NCBI GenBank assembly: GCA_038246075.1
Contig: JBBRRV010000002.1
Coordinates: 6,267 to 70,266, forward strand
Direction of reading: 5' to 3'
Length of the DNA: 64,000 nt
From: Bacteroidales bacterium
Lineage (GTDB): Bacteria; Bacteroidota; Bacteroidia; Bacteroidales; DASVHX01
Position 1 is the stretch's first letter. Every line of letters begins with the position of its first letter. Below are positions 27,753 to 37,556 of this stretch, piece by piece. Made by a program: the position numbers and the translations under genes. The notes below the pieces were generated by a model. The model was not told where the DNA came from. It worked only from the letters and a program-made list of their open reading frames with translations, and searched no databases.

Positions 27753-28622
27753 ATGCCATTTACAATCAGCCAGATACGCAGCCATCTTACAACTGTTCTC
27801 AATCCGATTTACGGTGAAGATGAAGCCGGACAAATGGTAAGGATGCTTTTTGAACACTTTTGCGGCATTTCCGGTGCCTCACTCGCATTGAAGAAAAATG
27901 ACCTGCTTCCCCAGGCACAGTATGATCAGTTAATGGGAGCATTGCAGGGACTTTCGGTTCACACCCCGATTCAATATATTCTTGGACATGCCTGGTTCTA
28001 TAACTTAAGCTTTGAAGTAAACCCTTCGGTGCTTATTCCCCGGCCTGAAACCGAAGAACTGGCTGATTTAATCGTGACAAGGTCCTCCCGGAGCAATGGT
28101 AATGATGACAGCAGACTGCTTGATATTGGAACAGGATCGGGATGCCTGGCCGTTTCACTCAAAAAGGCATTACCCACATGGCAGATCAGTGCCTGTGATA
28201 TTTCGGAAGACGCTTTGCAGGTAGCCCGCCGGAATGCTGAACTTGCAGAAACTCAGATAACCTTTTTTCAGGCAGATATGCTGCGTTGGAGGCACTGGAC
28301 GGACACCCGGCCTTATCATCTCATCGTAAGCAATCCTCCTTACATATGTGAACATGAGAAAACGCTCATGCAGGCCAACGTATTGGAAAATGAGCCTAAG
28401 GTTGCACTTTTTGTGCCCGATGATGATCCATTAATTTTTTACAGGGCAATCGCTGAATTTGCAGCATCACGATTGGTGAATGAGGGGAAACTCTACCTGG
28501 AGATTAATGAGCAGTATGGACCGGAAATGGTAAACCTCCTTGAGTCGTTCGGCTTTTCGGATATTGAACTGTTAAAGGATTTCAGGGGGAAAGATCGTTT
28601 TGTGGTCGCCGTAAAATTATAA
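27753..28622 (+). CDS. prmC: Release-factor glutamine N5-methyltransferase
   Basis: 289-aa ORF. SAM motif LDIGTGSGCLA and catalytic IVSNPPY. Confidence 0.9.
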   Translation: MPFTISQIRSHLTTVLNPIYGEDEAGQMVRMLFEHFCGISGASLALKKNDLLPQAQYDQLMGALQGLSVHTPIQYILGHAWFYNLSFEVNPSVLIPRPETEELADLIVTRSSRSNGNDDSRLLDIGTGSGCLAVSLKKALPTWQISACDISEDALQVARRNAELAETQITFFQADMLRWRHWTDTRPYHLIVSNPPYICEHEKTLMQANVLENEPKVALFVPDDDPLIFYRAIAEFAASRLVNEGKLYLEINEQYGPEMVNLLESFGFSDIELLKDFRGKDRFVVAVKL

Positions 28623-28761
28623 TACCTTGTAATATCGAGCATTAAGAATGACTGCTGATAAACATTAAGTTGATTTCTCACAGAAAGAAGACACATGTGG
28701 CATGTTCTAAATAAAGATGTATTTTTGGGCACTAAATCCTAAACCAAAATTCCGGAAAACG

Positions 28762-30156
28762 ATGACTGAAGTAATCAGAACAACTTTACGCGATTCCAAG
28801 GCAGCCCGGTGGACTGCTTTGATGATCGTAGCATTTACAATGTTTGCGGCCTACTACCTGGCAGACGTTATGGCGCCTCTCGAAGGCTTACTTGATAAGG
28901 AACTCCATTGGAACAGTGCCGATTATGGATGGTTTACGGGTGCTTATGGCTGGTTCAATGTCTTCCTGTTTTTTCTCATTTTTGGTGGCATAATCCTGGA
29001 TAAAATGGGTATCCGTTTTACCGGATTAACTGCATCTTTTGTGATGGTTGGAGGCGCTGCATTAAAATATTGGGCTGTATCCACTCACCTGTTTGACGGT
29101 GTTGAATGGCATATATTATTCTGGACATTCCCTGCACAGGTATGGATGGCCGCCCTGGGTTTCGCCATTTTCGGCGTTGGGATAGAAGTCGCCGGAATTA
29201 CGGTGTCCAAGATTACAGTTAAATGGTTTAGAGGACATGAGCTCGCCCTGGCCATGGGTCTGCAATTGGCCATTGCACGGCTTGGCACGGCCCTGGCGCT
29301 TTCAACTTCGCTGCCTATCGCCAAGTTATTCGGGCATGTTTCAGCACCGGTACTCATCTGCCTGTTGATGCTTTGCATTGGATTGATGGCATTTTTCGTG
29401 TATAATATCCAGGACAGGAAACTAGATGCTTCGATTCTGGCTTCAAAAGAAGGTATCGTCACCGAACCGGATGAAGAGTTCAGGTTCAAGGATATTCTTG
29501 ATATTTTAGGAAATAAAGGCTGGTGGTATATTACCATTCTCTGCGCTTTATTTTATTCCGCCGTATATCCTTTCCTGAAATTTGCACCCAACATGATGAT
29601 CATAAAATTTGGTGTCGACGAAAACTGGGCTGGTTCTATTCCTGCCATGTTGCCATTCGGAACTATCCTGCTGACGCCATTTTTTGGAAACCTCTATGAT
29701 AAAAAGGGTAAAGGAGCATCAATCATGATTATTGGATCTCTCATCCTTATTACTGTGCATGCCCTCTTCTCACTTTCATTTCTTGATCATTGGTTTATAG
29801 CAATCTTGCTAATGATCATACTGGGAATCGGTTTTTCGCTGGTTCCATCTGCTATGTGGCCTTCTGTGACCAAAATCATTCCCGAGCGACAACTGGGAAC
29901 GGCTTATTCTTTAATATTCTGGATGCAGAATGCATTTGCGTTGATGGCAGTTCCTGCCATTATAGGATGGGTCCTTCATAAATATTGCATTATCGGCACA
30001 AAATTGGTTAACGGGCAGGAAGTAACGCAATACAATTACACTGTACCAATGCTCATATTCACGTCTTTTGGTATTCTTGCGCTTTTCTTCGCTTTTCTGC
30101 TGAAAGCGGAAGACAAGAAAAAGGGATATGGACTTGAATTGCCTAATGCAAAATAA
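28762..30156 (+). CDS. MFS transporter
   Basis: The ORF starts at 28717, but MTEVIRTT at 28762 is the more plausible start. About 12 hydrophobic helices. A strong terminator lies downstream. Confidence 0.75.
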   Translation: MTEVIRTTLRDSKAARWTALMIVAFTMFAAYYLADVMAPLEGLLDKELHWNSADYGWFTGAYGWFNVFLFFLIFGGIILDKMGIRFTGLTASFVMVGGAALKYWAVSTHLFDGVEWHILFWTFPAQVWMAALGFAIFGVGIEVAGITVSKITVKWFRGHELALAMGLQLAIARLGTALALSTSLPIAKLFGHVSAPVLICLLMLCIGLMAFFVYNIQDRKLDASILASKEGIVTEPDEEFRFKDILDILGNKGWWYITILCALFYSAVYPFLKFAPNMMIIKFGVDENWAGSIPAMLPFGTILLTPFFGNLYDKKGKGASIMIIGSLILITVHALFSLSFLDHWFIAILLMIILGIGFSLVPSAMWPSVTKIIPERQLGTAYSLIFWMQNAFALMAVPAIIGWVLHKYCIIGTKLVNGQEVTQYNYTVPMLIFTSFGILALFFAFLLKAEDKKKGYGLELPNAK

Positions 30157-30241
30157 CAGGCAAACGTATTCATTCTCACTTTGACATTAATCCGGACTTA
30201 TCCATTTAAGAGCATTGGATAAGTTTAGAGTCGCCTTTGAG

Positions 30242-30272
30242 AAGTCCTTCGTTCACGCGAAGGACTTTTTAG
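30242..30272 (+). terminator. Rho-independent terminator after the MFS transporter gene
   Basis: Perfect 10-bp stem aagtccttcg/cgaaggactt, 6-nt loop, then a T-rich TTTTTAGTT tail. Preceded by a second perfect 8-bp hairpin (cttatcca/tggataag, 30197-30228). Confidence 0.7.
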
Positions 30273-30273
30273 T

Positions 30274-30281
30274 TAATTTTG
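30274..30281 (+). promoter_or_regulatory. -7 box TAATTTTG
   Basis: 37 nt upstream of the mqnB ATG, just after the preceding terminator. Confidence 0.5.
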
Positions 30282-30318
30282 GTTTCCAAACATAAATGTC
30301 TTTATTCAATTCCCAATT

Positions 30319-30996
30319 ATGAAAGTATTACTGGTATCTGCAACATCACTTGAAATAGAGCCACTGTGTGCCGGTTTGCGCCTTGTAAAAAAACATGAAG
30401 GGCACATTACGTCATATTCAGGGAAAAACGTAGAAATGGATGTACTGCTCACGGGTGTTGGAATGGTAGCTACGGCTTATTGGGTTGGCAGAACGATTGC
30501 ATCCAAGGGCTATGACGTGGCCATAAATGCCGGTATTTGCGGGAGTTTCGACCGGCAGCTTCCCATCGGGGAAGTCGTGAATGTGGTTGAAGATAGCTTC
30601 CCGGAAATGGGGACGGAGGACGGTGAATATTTCCTGTCGCTTATCGACCTCGATTTGCTTGGCCGCGATGAATTCCCTTTTACAAATGGTGTTTTGGAAA
30701 ATAAGGTTTCCTATAACCATCCAATGCTTGATTCATTGCGCAAGGTCAAGGGCATTACGGTTAACAGGGTGCATGGACAGGCACATAGTATCGGGAAATT
30801 ACTGGAAACAATTCAGCCCGATGTAGAAACCATGGAAGGGGCTGCATTTCTTTATGCCTGCCAAAGCATCGGACTGAAATGCCTTCAGTTGCGTTCGGTT
30901 TCGAATTATGTGGAAACACGTAACCGCACCGCCTGGAACATCCCCTTAGCCATACGTAATCTAAACCAGACATTGACAGAGCTATTGGCATCATAG
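30319..30996 (+). CDS. mqnB: Futalosine hydrolase (PNP/UDP phosphorylase fold)
   Basis: 225-aa ORF. MKVLLVSATSLEIEPL start and ETMEGAAF motif. Immediately upstream of mqnD. Confidence 0.8.
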   Translation: MKVLLVSATSLEIEPLCAGLRLVKKHEGHITSYSGKNVEMDVLLTGVGMVATAYWVGRTIASKGYDVAINAGICGSFDRQLPIGEVVNVVEDSFPEMGTEDGEYFLSLIDLDLLGRDEFPFTNGVLENKVSYNHPMLDSLRKVKGITVNRVHGQAHSIGKLLETIQPDVETMEGAAFLYACQSIGLKCLQLRSVSNYVETRNRTAWNIPLAIRNLNQTLTELLAS

Positions 30997-31030
30997 TCAT
31001 CTTTATCTATTCATGCATTAAATCTTAACC

Positions 31031-31858
31031 ATGGTTCCAATTTCTCTCGGCTTCTCGCCCTGCCCGAACGACACCTTCATTTTCGATGCCATGGTCCATG
31101 GTAAAATAGATACGGAAGGATTGGAATTTAATTATGTGCTTGCCGATGTTGAAGAACTGAACCAGAAAGCATTCAGGGGCGAATTGGATGTGACTAAACT
31201 GAGCTTCTATGCTTTTCTGCAACTTGCCGATCAATATGTTTTATTGCAGAGTGGCGCGGCACTGGGCTCCAATGCCGGTCCCCTGCTGGTCAGCAAGACT
31301 CCCCTGACGCTGGCAGCGCTCTCAGGAAAACGCATTGGCATTCCGGGGAAAAACACAACGGCTAATTTGTTGCTTACCCTGGCAGCACCTCAGCTATCAG
31401 ATAAAACTGAAATGCTTTTCTCGGATATCGAAAAGGCGGTATGCGATGGTGAAATTGATGCCGGACTTATCATTCATGAGAGCAGGTTTACGTATCAGCA
31501 GAAGGGACTTTTCAAAGTGGCCGATCTTGGGGAATACTGGGAAGACAAAACCCAAAGTCCTATCCCTTTGGGTGGCATCGTAGCCCGTCGTAATCTGAGT
31601 GTCGAAACGATACTCAAAATAGACAGGGTGTTAAAAAGAAGTGTTGAATTCGCTTTTGCAAGCCCCGAATCTTCCATGCCATTTGTAAGGGCTAATGCCC
31701 GGGAAATGGAAGATGCCGTAATGAAGCAGCATATTGCACTTTATGTGAACGAATATTCGGTTCAGCTTGGTCCATCCGGACGTAAAGCCGTGCTGCTTTT
31801 ATTCAGAGAAGCTATTAGCGCTGGTCTTATAGAAGCAGAAACTGCTGAGCCTTTTTAG
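31031..31858 (+). CDS. mqnD: 1,4-dihydroxy-6-naphthoate synthase
   Basis: 275-aa ORF. LGFSPCPNDTFIFDAMVHGKID is characteristic of MqnD. Confidence 0.85.
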   Translation: MVPISLGFSPCPNDTFIFDAMVHGKIDTEGLEFNYVLADVEELNQKAFRGELDVTKLSFYAFLQLADQYVLLQSGAALGSNAGPLLVSKTPLTLAALSGKRIGIPGKNTTANLLLTLAAPQLSDKTEMLFSDIEKAVCDGEIDAGLIIHESRFTYQQKGLFKVADLGEYWEDKTQSPIPLGGIVARRNLSVETILKIDRVLKRSVEFAFASPESSMPFVRANAREMEDAVMKQHIALYVNEYSVQLGPSGRKAVLLLFREAISAGLIEAETAEPF

Positions 31859-31885
31859 CAGAGCTAATTTTTGAAAAGTAAAAAT

Positions 31886-31927
31886 TAGGCAATAGGCATT
31901 AGGCAATAGGCAATAGGCAATAGGCAA
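31886..31927. repeat. Heptamer tandem array, 6 units (TAGGCAA)
   Basis: taggcaa taggcat taggcaa x4, starting 28 nt after the mqnD stop. Confidence 0.95.
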
Positions 31928-32052
31928 TTGTCAGCACCTGAAATACATTGAGCCCCCAAAGAATAATTATTCATCACCTGAATTTCATTCGGCCTGATTT
32001 CCTTGGATTTGATTACTTTTGTGACCATTTTTGTTTACTCCAGCTATTATTT

Positions 32053-33954
32053 ATGCGTAAATGCTTATCCCTTCCATTTTTTCTGATCATTCTGCTTTTG
32101 GCTTTTATCGTAAAGCCTTTAAGCGGGCAAAATGCAATGCCATCACCTCCTGTAAGTATAGCATTCCCGGAATTATTGGGGCAGGCTGCAGTTGTAAAAC
32201 TTCTGTCACCGGATGTTGCATCTCTGATGCTGGAGGACAGAAACGTTGAAAGCAACGGCGATCCCTATCGCATGGGGGTTTCATTACCTGTTTATATCAA
32301 TTGTGCTGAAGACGGAAAATGGCAGAATATTCCCGGAGGAAGTCTCTGGATGCTTAAAATCAGCTCGCAGGGAGCAAAAGGCCTGGGACTCTACTTTAAC
32401 AAATTCCAGCTCCCTCAGGGTTGCACAGTTCATATTTTCGATGTGGCAAAAACACAGGTTTTAGGCGCATTCACACACAAATCCAATCCTACCGGAGGAT
32501 TCTATGCTTCAGGAATCATTCCCGGAAGCGAACTTATTATTGAGTGTTTCAGGCCAGATAATGCACCAATGCCGGATATTATTATTGATGAAACGCTTTA
32601 CGTTTACCGCTCATCCGGAATACCACAGGTCAATTCTGTTAAAGATTTTGGCGGTGCGGGAACCTGCGAAGTAAATATAAATTGTGATGAAGGTCAAGCC
32701 TGGCAGGATGCAAAGCATGGTGTTATGCGTATCCTGGTCAAGATCGGCGGAACATCATTTTGGTGCACTGGTTCGCTGATCAATAATACCAGCAACGATT
32801 ATACGCCCTATATCATAACAGCCAATCACTGTGCCGAGCGCAGCGGTGCGTTCGCCACTGCTACCGATCTTGCGAAATGGATTTTCTACTTCAATTTTGA
32901 ATCCGTTAATTGTGCTGATCCCCTTGCTAAACCAATATTATACAGTACCGTGGGCGCAGTCAAAGTGGCCGGTGCAAGCCTTGATAAAGGTTCGGATTTT
33001 TTTCTGGGTACACTCAAACAGAATATACCCGGAGAATACCTCCCTTTCTATAATGGATGGGACCGCAGTGGGGTAGCAAACAAGGGGGGTGTTAGTATAC
33101 ATCATCCACAGGGTGATATTAAAAAGATTTCGACTTACGATACCACAATCATCACTGCGCAGTTTGGCACGGTGCCAAATACGCACTGGAAGGTTTACTG
33201 GCATGCGACAAAAAATGGCGAAGGCGTTACAGAGCCCGGTTCATCAGGAGCACCTCTATTCGACAAGACCGGACACATACTAGGATGTCTTACCGGTGGC
33301 AATTCAAGTTGCACCAACATAAAGGAGCCTGATTACTTCGGGAAACTTGCTTACTCATGGGATTCGAATGGTACTGCCGATACCCTGCAACTCAGGCCAT
33401 GGCTTGATCCGCTCAATACCGGAGCTTCGGTACTTCCCGGCACATACAACAATAACCTGGTTGTAGCCGATTTTAGCACCGATACTACCAGCATTCCCTT
33501 TGGGGGAATCATCAATTTCACCGATCGGTCCCTCGGGCATCCTACTTCCTGGGTCTGGACTTTCAAGGGAGCTGAACCAGCAACCTCCAATCTGGAAAGC
33601 CCGAAAGGGATCATTTATTCCGACGTCGGACAATATGATGTGCAGCTCATTGCCAGTAATGACCACTATTCAGATACCATAACCAGAAAAGAATATGTCC
33701 TGGTTACTCCACCGGAAATTTTCCCTAATCCAAGCCGCGGAATTGTTAAAATCCTTTCTGGAAGGGGCAAGGCCGCCGGAAATCCTGTTCTTGTTTACAA
33801 CCAGATGGGTAAACTCGTATATAAAACGATCTGGCCGGCCGATGCCGGGAATATGATTACGCTGGATCTTTCGCATTTAGCCAGAAGTATTTATTTTGTA
33901 TCTTTTTCTACACCCAGCGGAATTACTACCCGTAAAATATTGCTGCTGCCTTAA
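32053..33954 (+). CDS. Secreted trypsin-fold serine endopeptidase with a PKD domain and a T9SS C-terminal sorting domain
   Basis: The ORF starts at 31948, but the signal peptide MRKCLSLPFFLIILLLAF starts at 32053. His motif ITANHC, Ser motif EPGSSGAPLF, PKD-like FTDRS..WVWTF..G, and C-terminal FPNPSRGIVKIL...KILLLP. Confidence 0.85.
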   Translation: MRKCLSLPFFLIILLLAFIVKPLSGQNAMPSPPVSIAFPELLGQAAVVKLLSPDVASLMLEDRNVESNGDPYRMGVSLPVYINCAEDGKWQNIPGGSLWMLKISSQGAKGLGLYFNKFQLPQGCTVHIFDVAKTQVLGAFTHKSNPTGGFYASGIIPGSELIIECFRPDNAPMPDIIIDETLYVYRSSGIPQVNSVKDFGGAGTCEVNINCDEGQAWQDAKHGVMRILVKIGGTSFWCTGSLINNTSNDYTPYIITANHCAERSGAFATATDLAKWIFYFNFESVNCADPLAKPILYSTVGAVKVAGASLDKGSDFFLGTLKQNIPGEYLPFYNGWDRSGVANKGGVSIHHPQGDIKKISTYDTTIITAQFGTVPNTHWKVYWHATKNGEGVTEPGSSGAPLFDKTGHILGCLTGGNSSCTNIKEPDYFGKLAYSWDSNGTADTLQLRPWLDPLNTGASVLPGTYNNNLVVADFSTDTTSIPFGGIINFTDRSLGHPTSWVWTFKGAEPATSNLESPKGIIYSDVGQYDVQLIASNDHYSDTITRKEYVLVTPPEIFPNPSRGIVKILSGRGKAAGNPVLVYNQMGKLVYKTIWPADAGNMITLDLSHLARSIYFVSFSTPSGITTRKILLLP

Positions 33955-34007
33955 TGATAAGCAGCAGGCCACCCTCATGATATGTTAGATTTCTTTAAAT
34001 ATAAAAC

Positions 34008-35141
34008 ATGGATATTATCTGTAATTTACTTGCCGACAAAAAATTAGTTTTGCCCGAACTGGCAGCCATAGCACAGAAAGTGCTGGATGCCCAAAGAATA
34101 ACCCCCGAAGAAGGCATTTTGTTATATGAAAAAGGCGAAACCGCATGGCTTGGCGCGTTGGCCAATCATGTGCGCGAGCGCATGAATGGAAATTATGCGT
34201 ATTATAACCGGAATATTCATATCGAACCCACAAATATATGTGTCTATAACTGTACATTCTGTTCATACAATCAGCATCAAAGCGGCAGTTCGTGGGAACT
34301 TACGCTGGAGGATATGCTTAAGATGATTGATGCCACAGATGAGAAGATTACAGAAGTTCATATCGTAGGAGGTGTGCACCCCGACCGCGACCTGCATTAT
34401 TATGGAAACATGATCAGGAAAATAAAGCAACACCGTCCGGGATTGCACATCAAAGCCTTTACTGCCATTGAGCTCGACTATATGATCCGTAAATCGGGAA
34501 TGACCCTGAATGAAGGCCTTGCCGCACTAAAGGAATATGGTCTGGATTCAATACCCGGAGGAGGTGCTGAGATTTTCGACGAAACCGTACGCGAAATTAT
34601 CTGTGGAGCAAAGTCCTCAGGGAATTTGTGGCTAGAGATTCACCGCGCAGCTCACCTGCTGGGGATTCCATCCAATGCAACCATACTTTACGGGCATGTT
34701 GAAACCTTTGCCCACCGCATCGATCATCTTGAACGCCTGCGGTCGCTTCAGGACGAAACCCATGGCTTCAATGCCTTTATCCCCTTGAAATATAAAAATA
34801 AAAATAACAGTCTTTCCTGGGTCAATGAAGTACCTGTAGTGGAAGATTTACGAAATTATGCCGTTTCGCGCATATACCTGGATAATTTCCCCCATATTAA
34901 GGCCTACTGGCCTATGATCGGCAAGCAGGTTGCTGCATTGTCACTAGCCTTCGGTGTCGATGACCTTGATGGCACTATCAATGATTCTACCCGCATTTAT
35001 TCAATGGCAGGAGCCGATGACAGTAGCCCGGCAATGGCCTCCTCGGATATTGAATCGCTGATCACGGAAGCTGGCCGTATTCCTGCTGAACGCGATTCGA
35101 TTTATAATATCCTTCACACAGGTCAGGTGCAAGCAGTTTGA
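34008..35141 (+). CDS. Menaquinone (futalosine pathway) radical-SAM enzyme, MqnE/MqnC (CofH-like) family
   Basis: 377-aa ORF with radical-SAM cluster motif CVYNCTFCSY. I cannot distinguish MqnC from MqnE by eye. Confidence 0.75.
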   Translation: MDIICNLLADKKLVLPELAAIAQKVLDAQRITPEEGILLYEKGETAWLGALANHVRERMNGNYAYYNRNIHIEPTNICVYNCTFCSYNQHQSGSSWELTLEDMLKMIDATDEKITEVHIVGGVHPDRDLHYYGNMIRKIKQHRPGLHIKAFTAIELDYMIRKSGMTLNEGLAALKEYGLDSIPGGGAEIFDETVREIICGAKSSGNLWLEIHRAAHLLGIPSNATILYGHVETFAHRIDHLERLRSLQDETHGFNAFIPLKYKNKNNSLSWVNEVPVVEDLRNYAVSRIYLDNFPHIKAYWPMIGKQVAALSLAFGVDDLDGTINDSTRIYSMAGADDSSPAMASSDIESLITEAGRIPAERDSIYNILHTGQVQAV

Positions 35142-35301
35142 CGCCTTTTCGTGCCACATTTAAATTTTTCTTGTTTTTTTTGATTAAAACTTTTAAACGT
35201 TGAACAAAAGTTATGTTTATATGTTCAAGTATTTGGATTTTGGGCAGTTGTGTTATACAAGTGCCTAACAAACGAAATTATTAACCAAAAACTTAAACAT
35301 T

Positions 35302-35865
35302 ATGAAACTAACTGGTCTGACCTTAGCGCTTTTTTTCGTTTGTGGTGTTGCCGCCGCCCAAACTTCGACATTCCAAAAGGGCGACAAAGTTCTCAATCTC
35401 GGTATTGGGTTCGGTGGAGGTTATTACTCGAATTTTTCCAGTGGTTACTCAAAAACACCCTTCTTGTCGGCGTCAGTGGACGTTGGTGTTGTTGACGGTG
35501 TTTTAGACAAAGGAACGATAGGCGTTGGAGGGTATTTAGGCTACTCAAGTTCCAAATGGGAGTCAGGAAATAACTACGGATGGAAGGAATCAGACCTGGT
35601 TATTGGTCCCAGAGGCACTTTTAACTATCCATTGGTAGACAGGCTAGATACGTATGCTGGATTGCTTTTGGCATATCATTCTGTTACCTATAAGGAAACG
35701 GGTAATTGGGGTGGATATGGAAGGTATTCAGCAAGTTCAAGTGGCATTTACTTTAATGGTTTTATTGGTGCAAGGTATTATGTTACTGATAATATTGGTA
35801 TTATGCTGGAACTGGGCTCAGGTGGACTGGCATTGGCATCCTTAGGCGTTGCTGTGAAGTTTTAA
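35302..35865 (+). CDS. Small outer-membrane beta-barrel protein
   Basis: 187-aa ORF. Signal peptide ..VCGVAAAQ, alternating aromatic/Gly-rich strands, terminal F. A perfect 11-bp-stem terminator follows. Confidence 0.65.
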   Translation: MKLTGLTLALFFVCGVAAAQTSTFQKGDKVLNLGIGFGGGYYSNFSSGYSKTPFLSASVDVGVVDGVLDKGTIGVGGYLGYSSSKWESGNNYGWKESDLVIGPRGTFNYPLVDRLDTYAGLLLAYHSVTYKETGNWGGYGRYSASSSGIYFNGFIGARYYVTDNIGIMLELGSGGLALASLGVAVKF

Positions 35866-35890
35866 CGACATTCAAAACTTATTTTTAACA

Positions 35891-35929
35891 GAAAGACCGC
35901 CTTTTACCGGGGCGGTCTTTCTGTTTTTT
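35891..35929 (+). terminator. Rho-independent terminator after the small OMP gene
   Basis: Perfect 11-bp stem gaaagaccgcc/ggcggtctttc, 9-nt loop, then TGTTTTTTGG. Confidence 0.85.
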
Positions 35930-35992
35930 GGTATTTACGCAGCAAGCAGGTTTAAAGCAGATGCTTTGTAAATGATTATCAGCAATTGCGGA

Positions 35993-36223
35993 TTATTTGC
36001 AGGGCTGGTAAATTGCACCTGTAGCAAAATCAACAATTACGGCAGGAGCAAAGATAATGATGTCGGCCACCAGGGCAGCTCCCCTTACTGCTCTGGCCGG
36101 TTGGCCCGCAGCAGGTTTTGTGCGCTGGCATTGCGATACAGGCCCTCCAAATATGGTTGCACAACCCGAAAAAATGAATGAGGCTGAGATTGCCAGGGTG
36201 ATAATTGTAATTCTTGCTTTCAT
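35993..36223 (-). CDS. Small lipoprotein (hypothetical)
   Basis: 76-aa ORF. MKARITIITLAISASFIFSGC lipobox. The overlapping plus-strand ORFs lack such features. Confidence 0.5.
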   Translation of the reverse strand: MKARITIITLAISASFIFSGCATIFGGPVSQCQRTKPAAGQPARAVRGAALVADIIIFAPAVIVDFATGAIYQPCK

Positions 36224-36444
36224 TGTTTGTCTAATTTTTTAAAATATTGTTAATATTCAGTGAGTTGCGGAATTTCATTTTAATAATTAAGCAGAACAAG
36301 CGGCAACAGAGGATATCTAAGGGTTATCAGTCCTAAGAAGCCGGCAAGCTGAATTTGGTAAGTTGCTGATAGTAAAACAAAGATAACAAAAAAATATATT
36401 TATCAAATAGTAATTTAATTATTTTAGTTAATAATTTTCACTCT

Positions 36445-37524
36445 TCATTCTTCAGCTTCAGCGTTGCCTGCCGCCACATACCTGTCCCACTTATCCAGCA
36501 CAGCCTGCATATCATCAGGAATGGCCGAATCAAAGAACATGAATTCGCCTGTGGAAGGATGTTTAAATCCCAGTGATTTGGCATGAAGCGCCTGCCGGGG
36601 GAGCAGGGTGAAACAATTCTGGATGAACTGCCTGTAGCGGCTGAAAGTGGTGCCGCGTAATATTTCGTTGCCGCCATAACGCGCATCATTGAACAGCGGA
36701 TGACCGGCGAATTTCATATGGGTGCGTATCTGGTGGGTTCGACCGGTTTCGAGCGTGCATTCGATGAGGGTGACATAATTGAAACGTTTCAACACCTTAT
36801 AATGCGTTACAGCATGCTTGCCCACACTACCGTCGGGAAATACAGCCATCACCATCCTGTCGCGGGGATTGCGGGCGATATGGCCAGTGATGGTGCCACC
36901 ATCCTCGTCAAAATTTCCCCAAACCAACGCCTGGTACTTACGTTCGATGGTATGATCAAAGAAGTTTCGTGCAAGCCTTGTCTGGGCCAGTTCATTTTTG
37001 GCGACCAACATGATGCCGGAGGTGTCCTTGTCGATGCGGTGAACAAGGAAAGGCCCCCGTTCGGTTGCTCCTTTTGGGATGCCAAATTTATATGCCAGTG
37101 CATTGACCAGGGTGCCCGTATAATTCCCAAAGCCTGGATGGACCACCATGCCTGGGCGTTTATTGATCACAAGGACATCATCATCCTCATATACGACATC
37201 AACAGGGATATTCTCGGGTACAATTTCAGTATCCCGCGGCGGATAGGCCAGCACGATGGAGATGAGATCGAGGGGCTTTACTTTATAATTGGGTTTTACA
37301 GCAACATCATTGACAAGGATGTTTCCGGCTTTGGCCGCATTCTGTATCTTGTTGCGCGAAGCATTCTGGATATGACCCATCAGAAATTTATCTATCCTGA
37401 GCTGGGCCTGTCCTTTATCTACCGTGAAACGGTAATGTTCGTACAAGTCATTGTCTTCTGATACAGGGTCAGGCAAGTCAATTTCTTCTGATCCGGGGTC
37501 AGGTAGCTCGTCTTCGGTTAACAT
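36445..37524 (-). CDS. rluD: RluA/RluD-family 23S rRNA pseudouridine synthase
   Basis: 359-aa ORF. S4-like N-domain and catalytic HRIDKDTSG. Confidence 0.9.
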   Translation of the reverse strand: MLTEDELPDPGSEEIDLPDPVSEDNDLYEHYRFTVDKGQAQLRIDKFLMGHIQNASRNKIQNAAKAGNILVNDVAVKPNYKVKPLDLISIVLAYPPRDTEIVPENIPVDVVYEDDDVLVINKRPGMVVHPGFGNYTGTLVNALAYKFGIPKGATERGPFLVHRIDKDTSGIMLVAKNELAQTRLARNFFDHTIERKYQALVWGNFDEDGGTITGHIARNPRDRMVMAVFPDGSVGKHAVTHYKVLKRFNYVTLIECTLETGRTHQIRTHMKFAGHPLFNDARYGGNEILRGTTFSRYRQFIQNCFTLLPRQALHAKSLGFKHPSTGEFMFFDSAIPDDMQAVLDKWDRYVAAGNAEAEE

Positions 37525-37556
37525 AGGTTCTTCAGGTGTTTTGGTCTGACAGCGCT

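Noticed and set aside
30197-30228. Hairpin arms containing TTATCCA / TGGATAA (DnaA-box-like)
   Set aside because: It is a single inverted pair 10 kb from dnaA, directly upstream of a strong terminator. It is more simply part of a tandem terminator structure.
36700-37461. 253-aa plus-strand ORF
   Set aside because: Antisense to rluD, which has the catalytic HRIDKDTSG motif. The plus-strand product is low-complexity.
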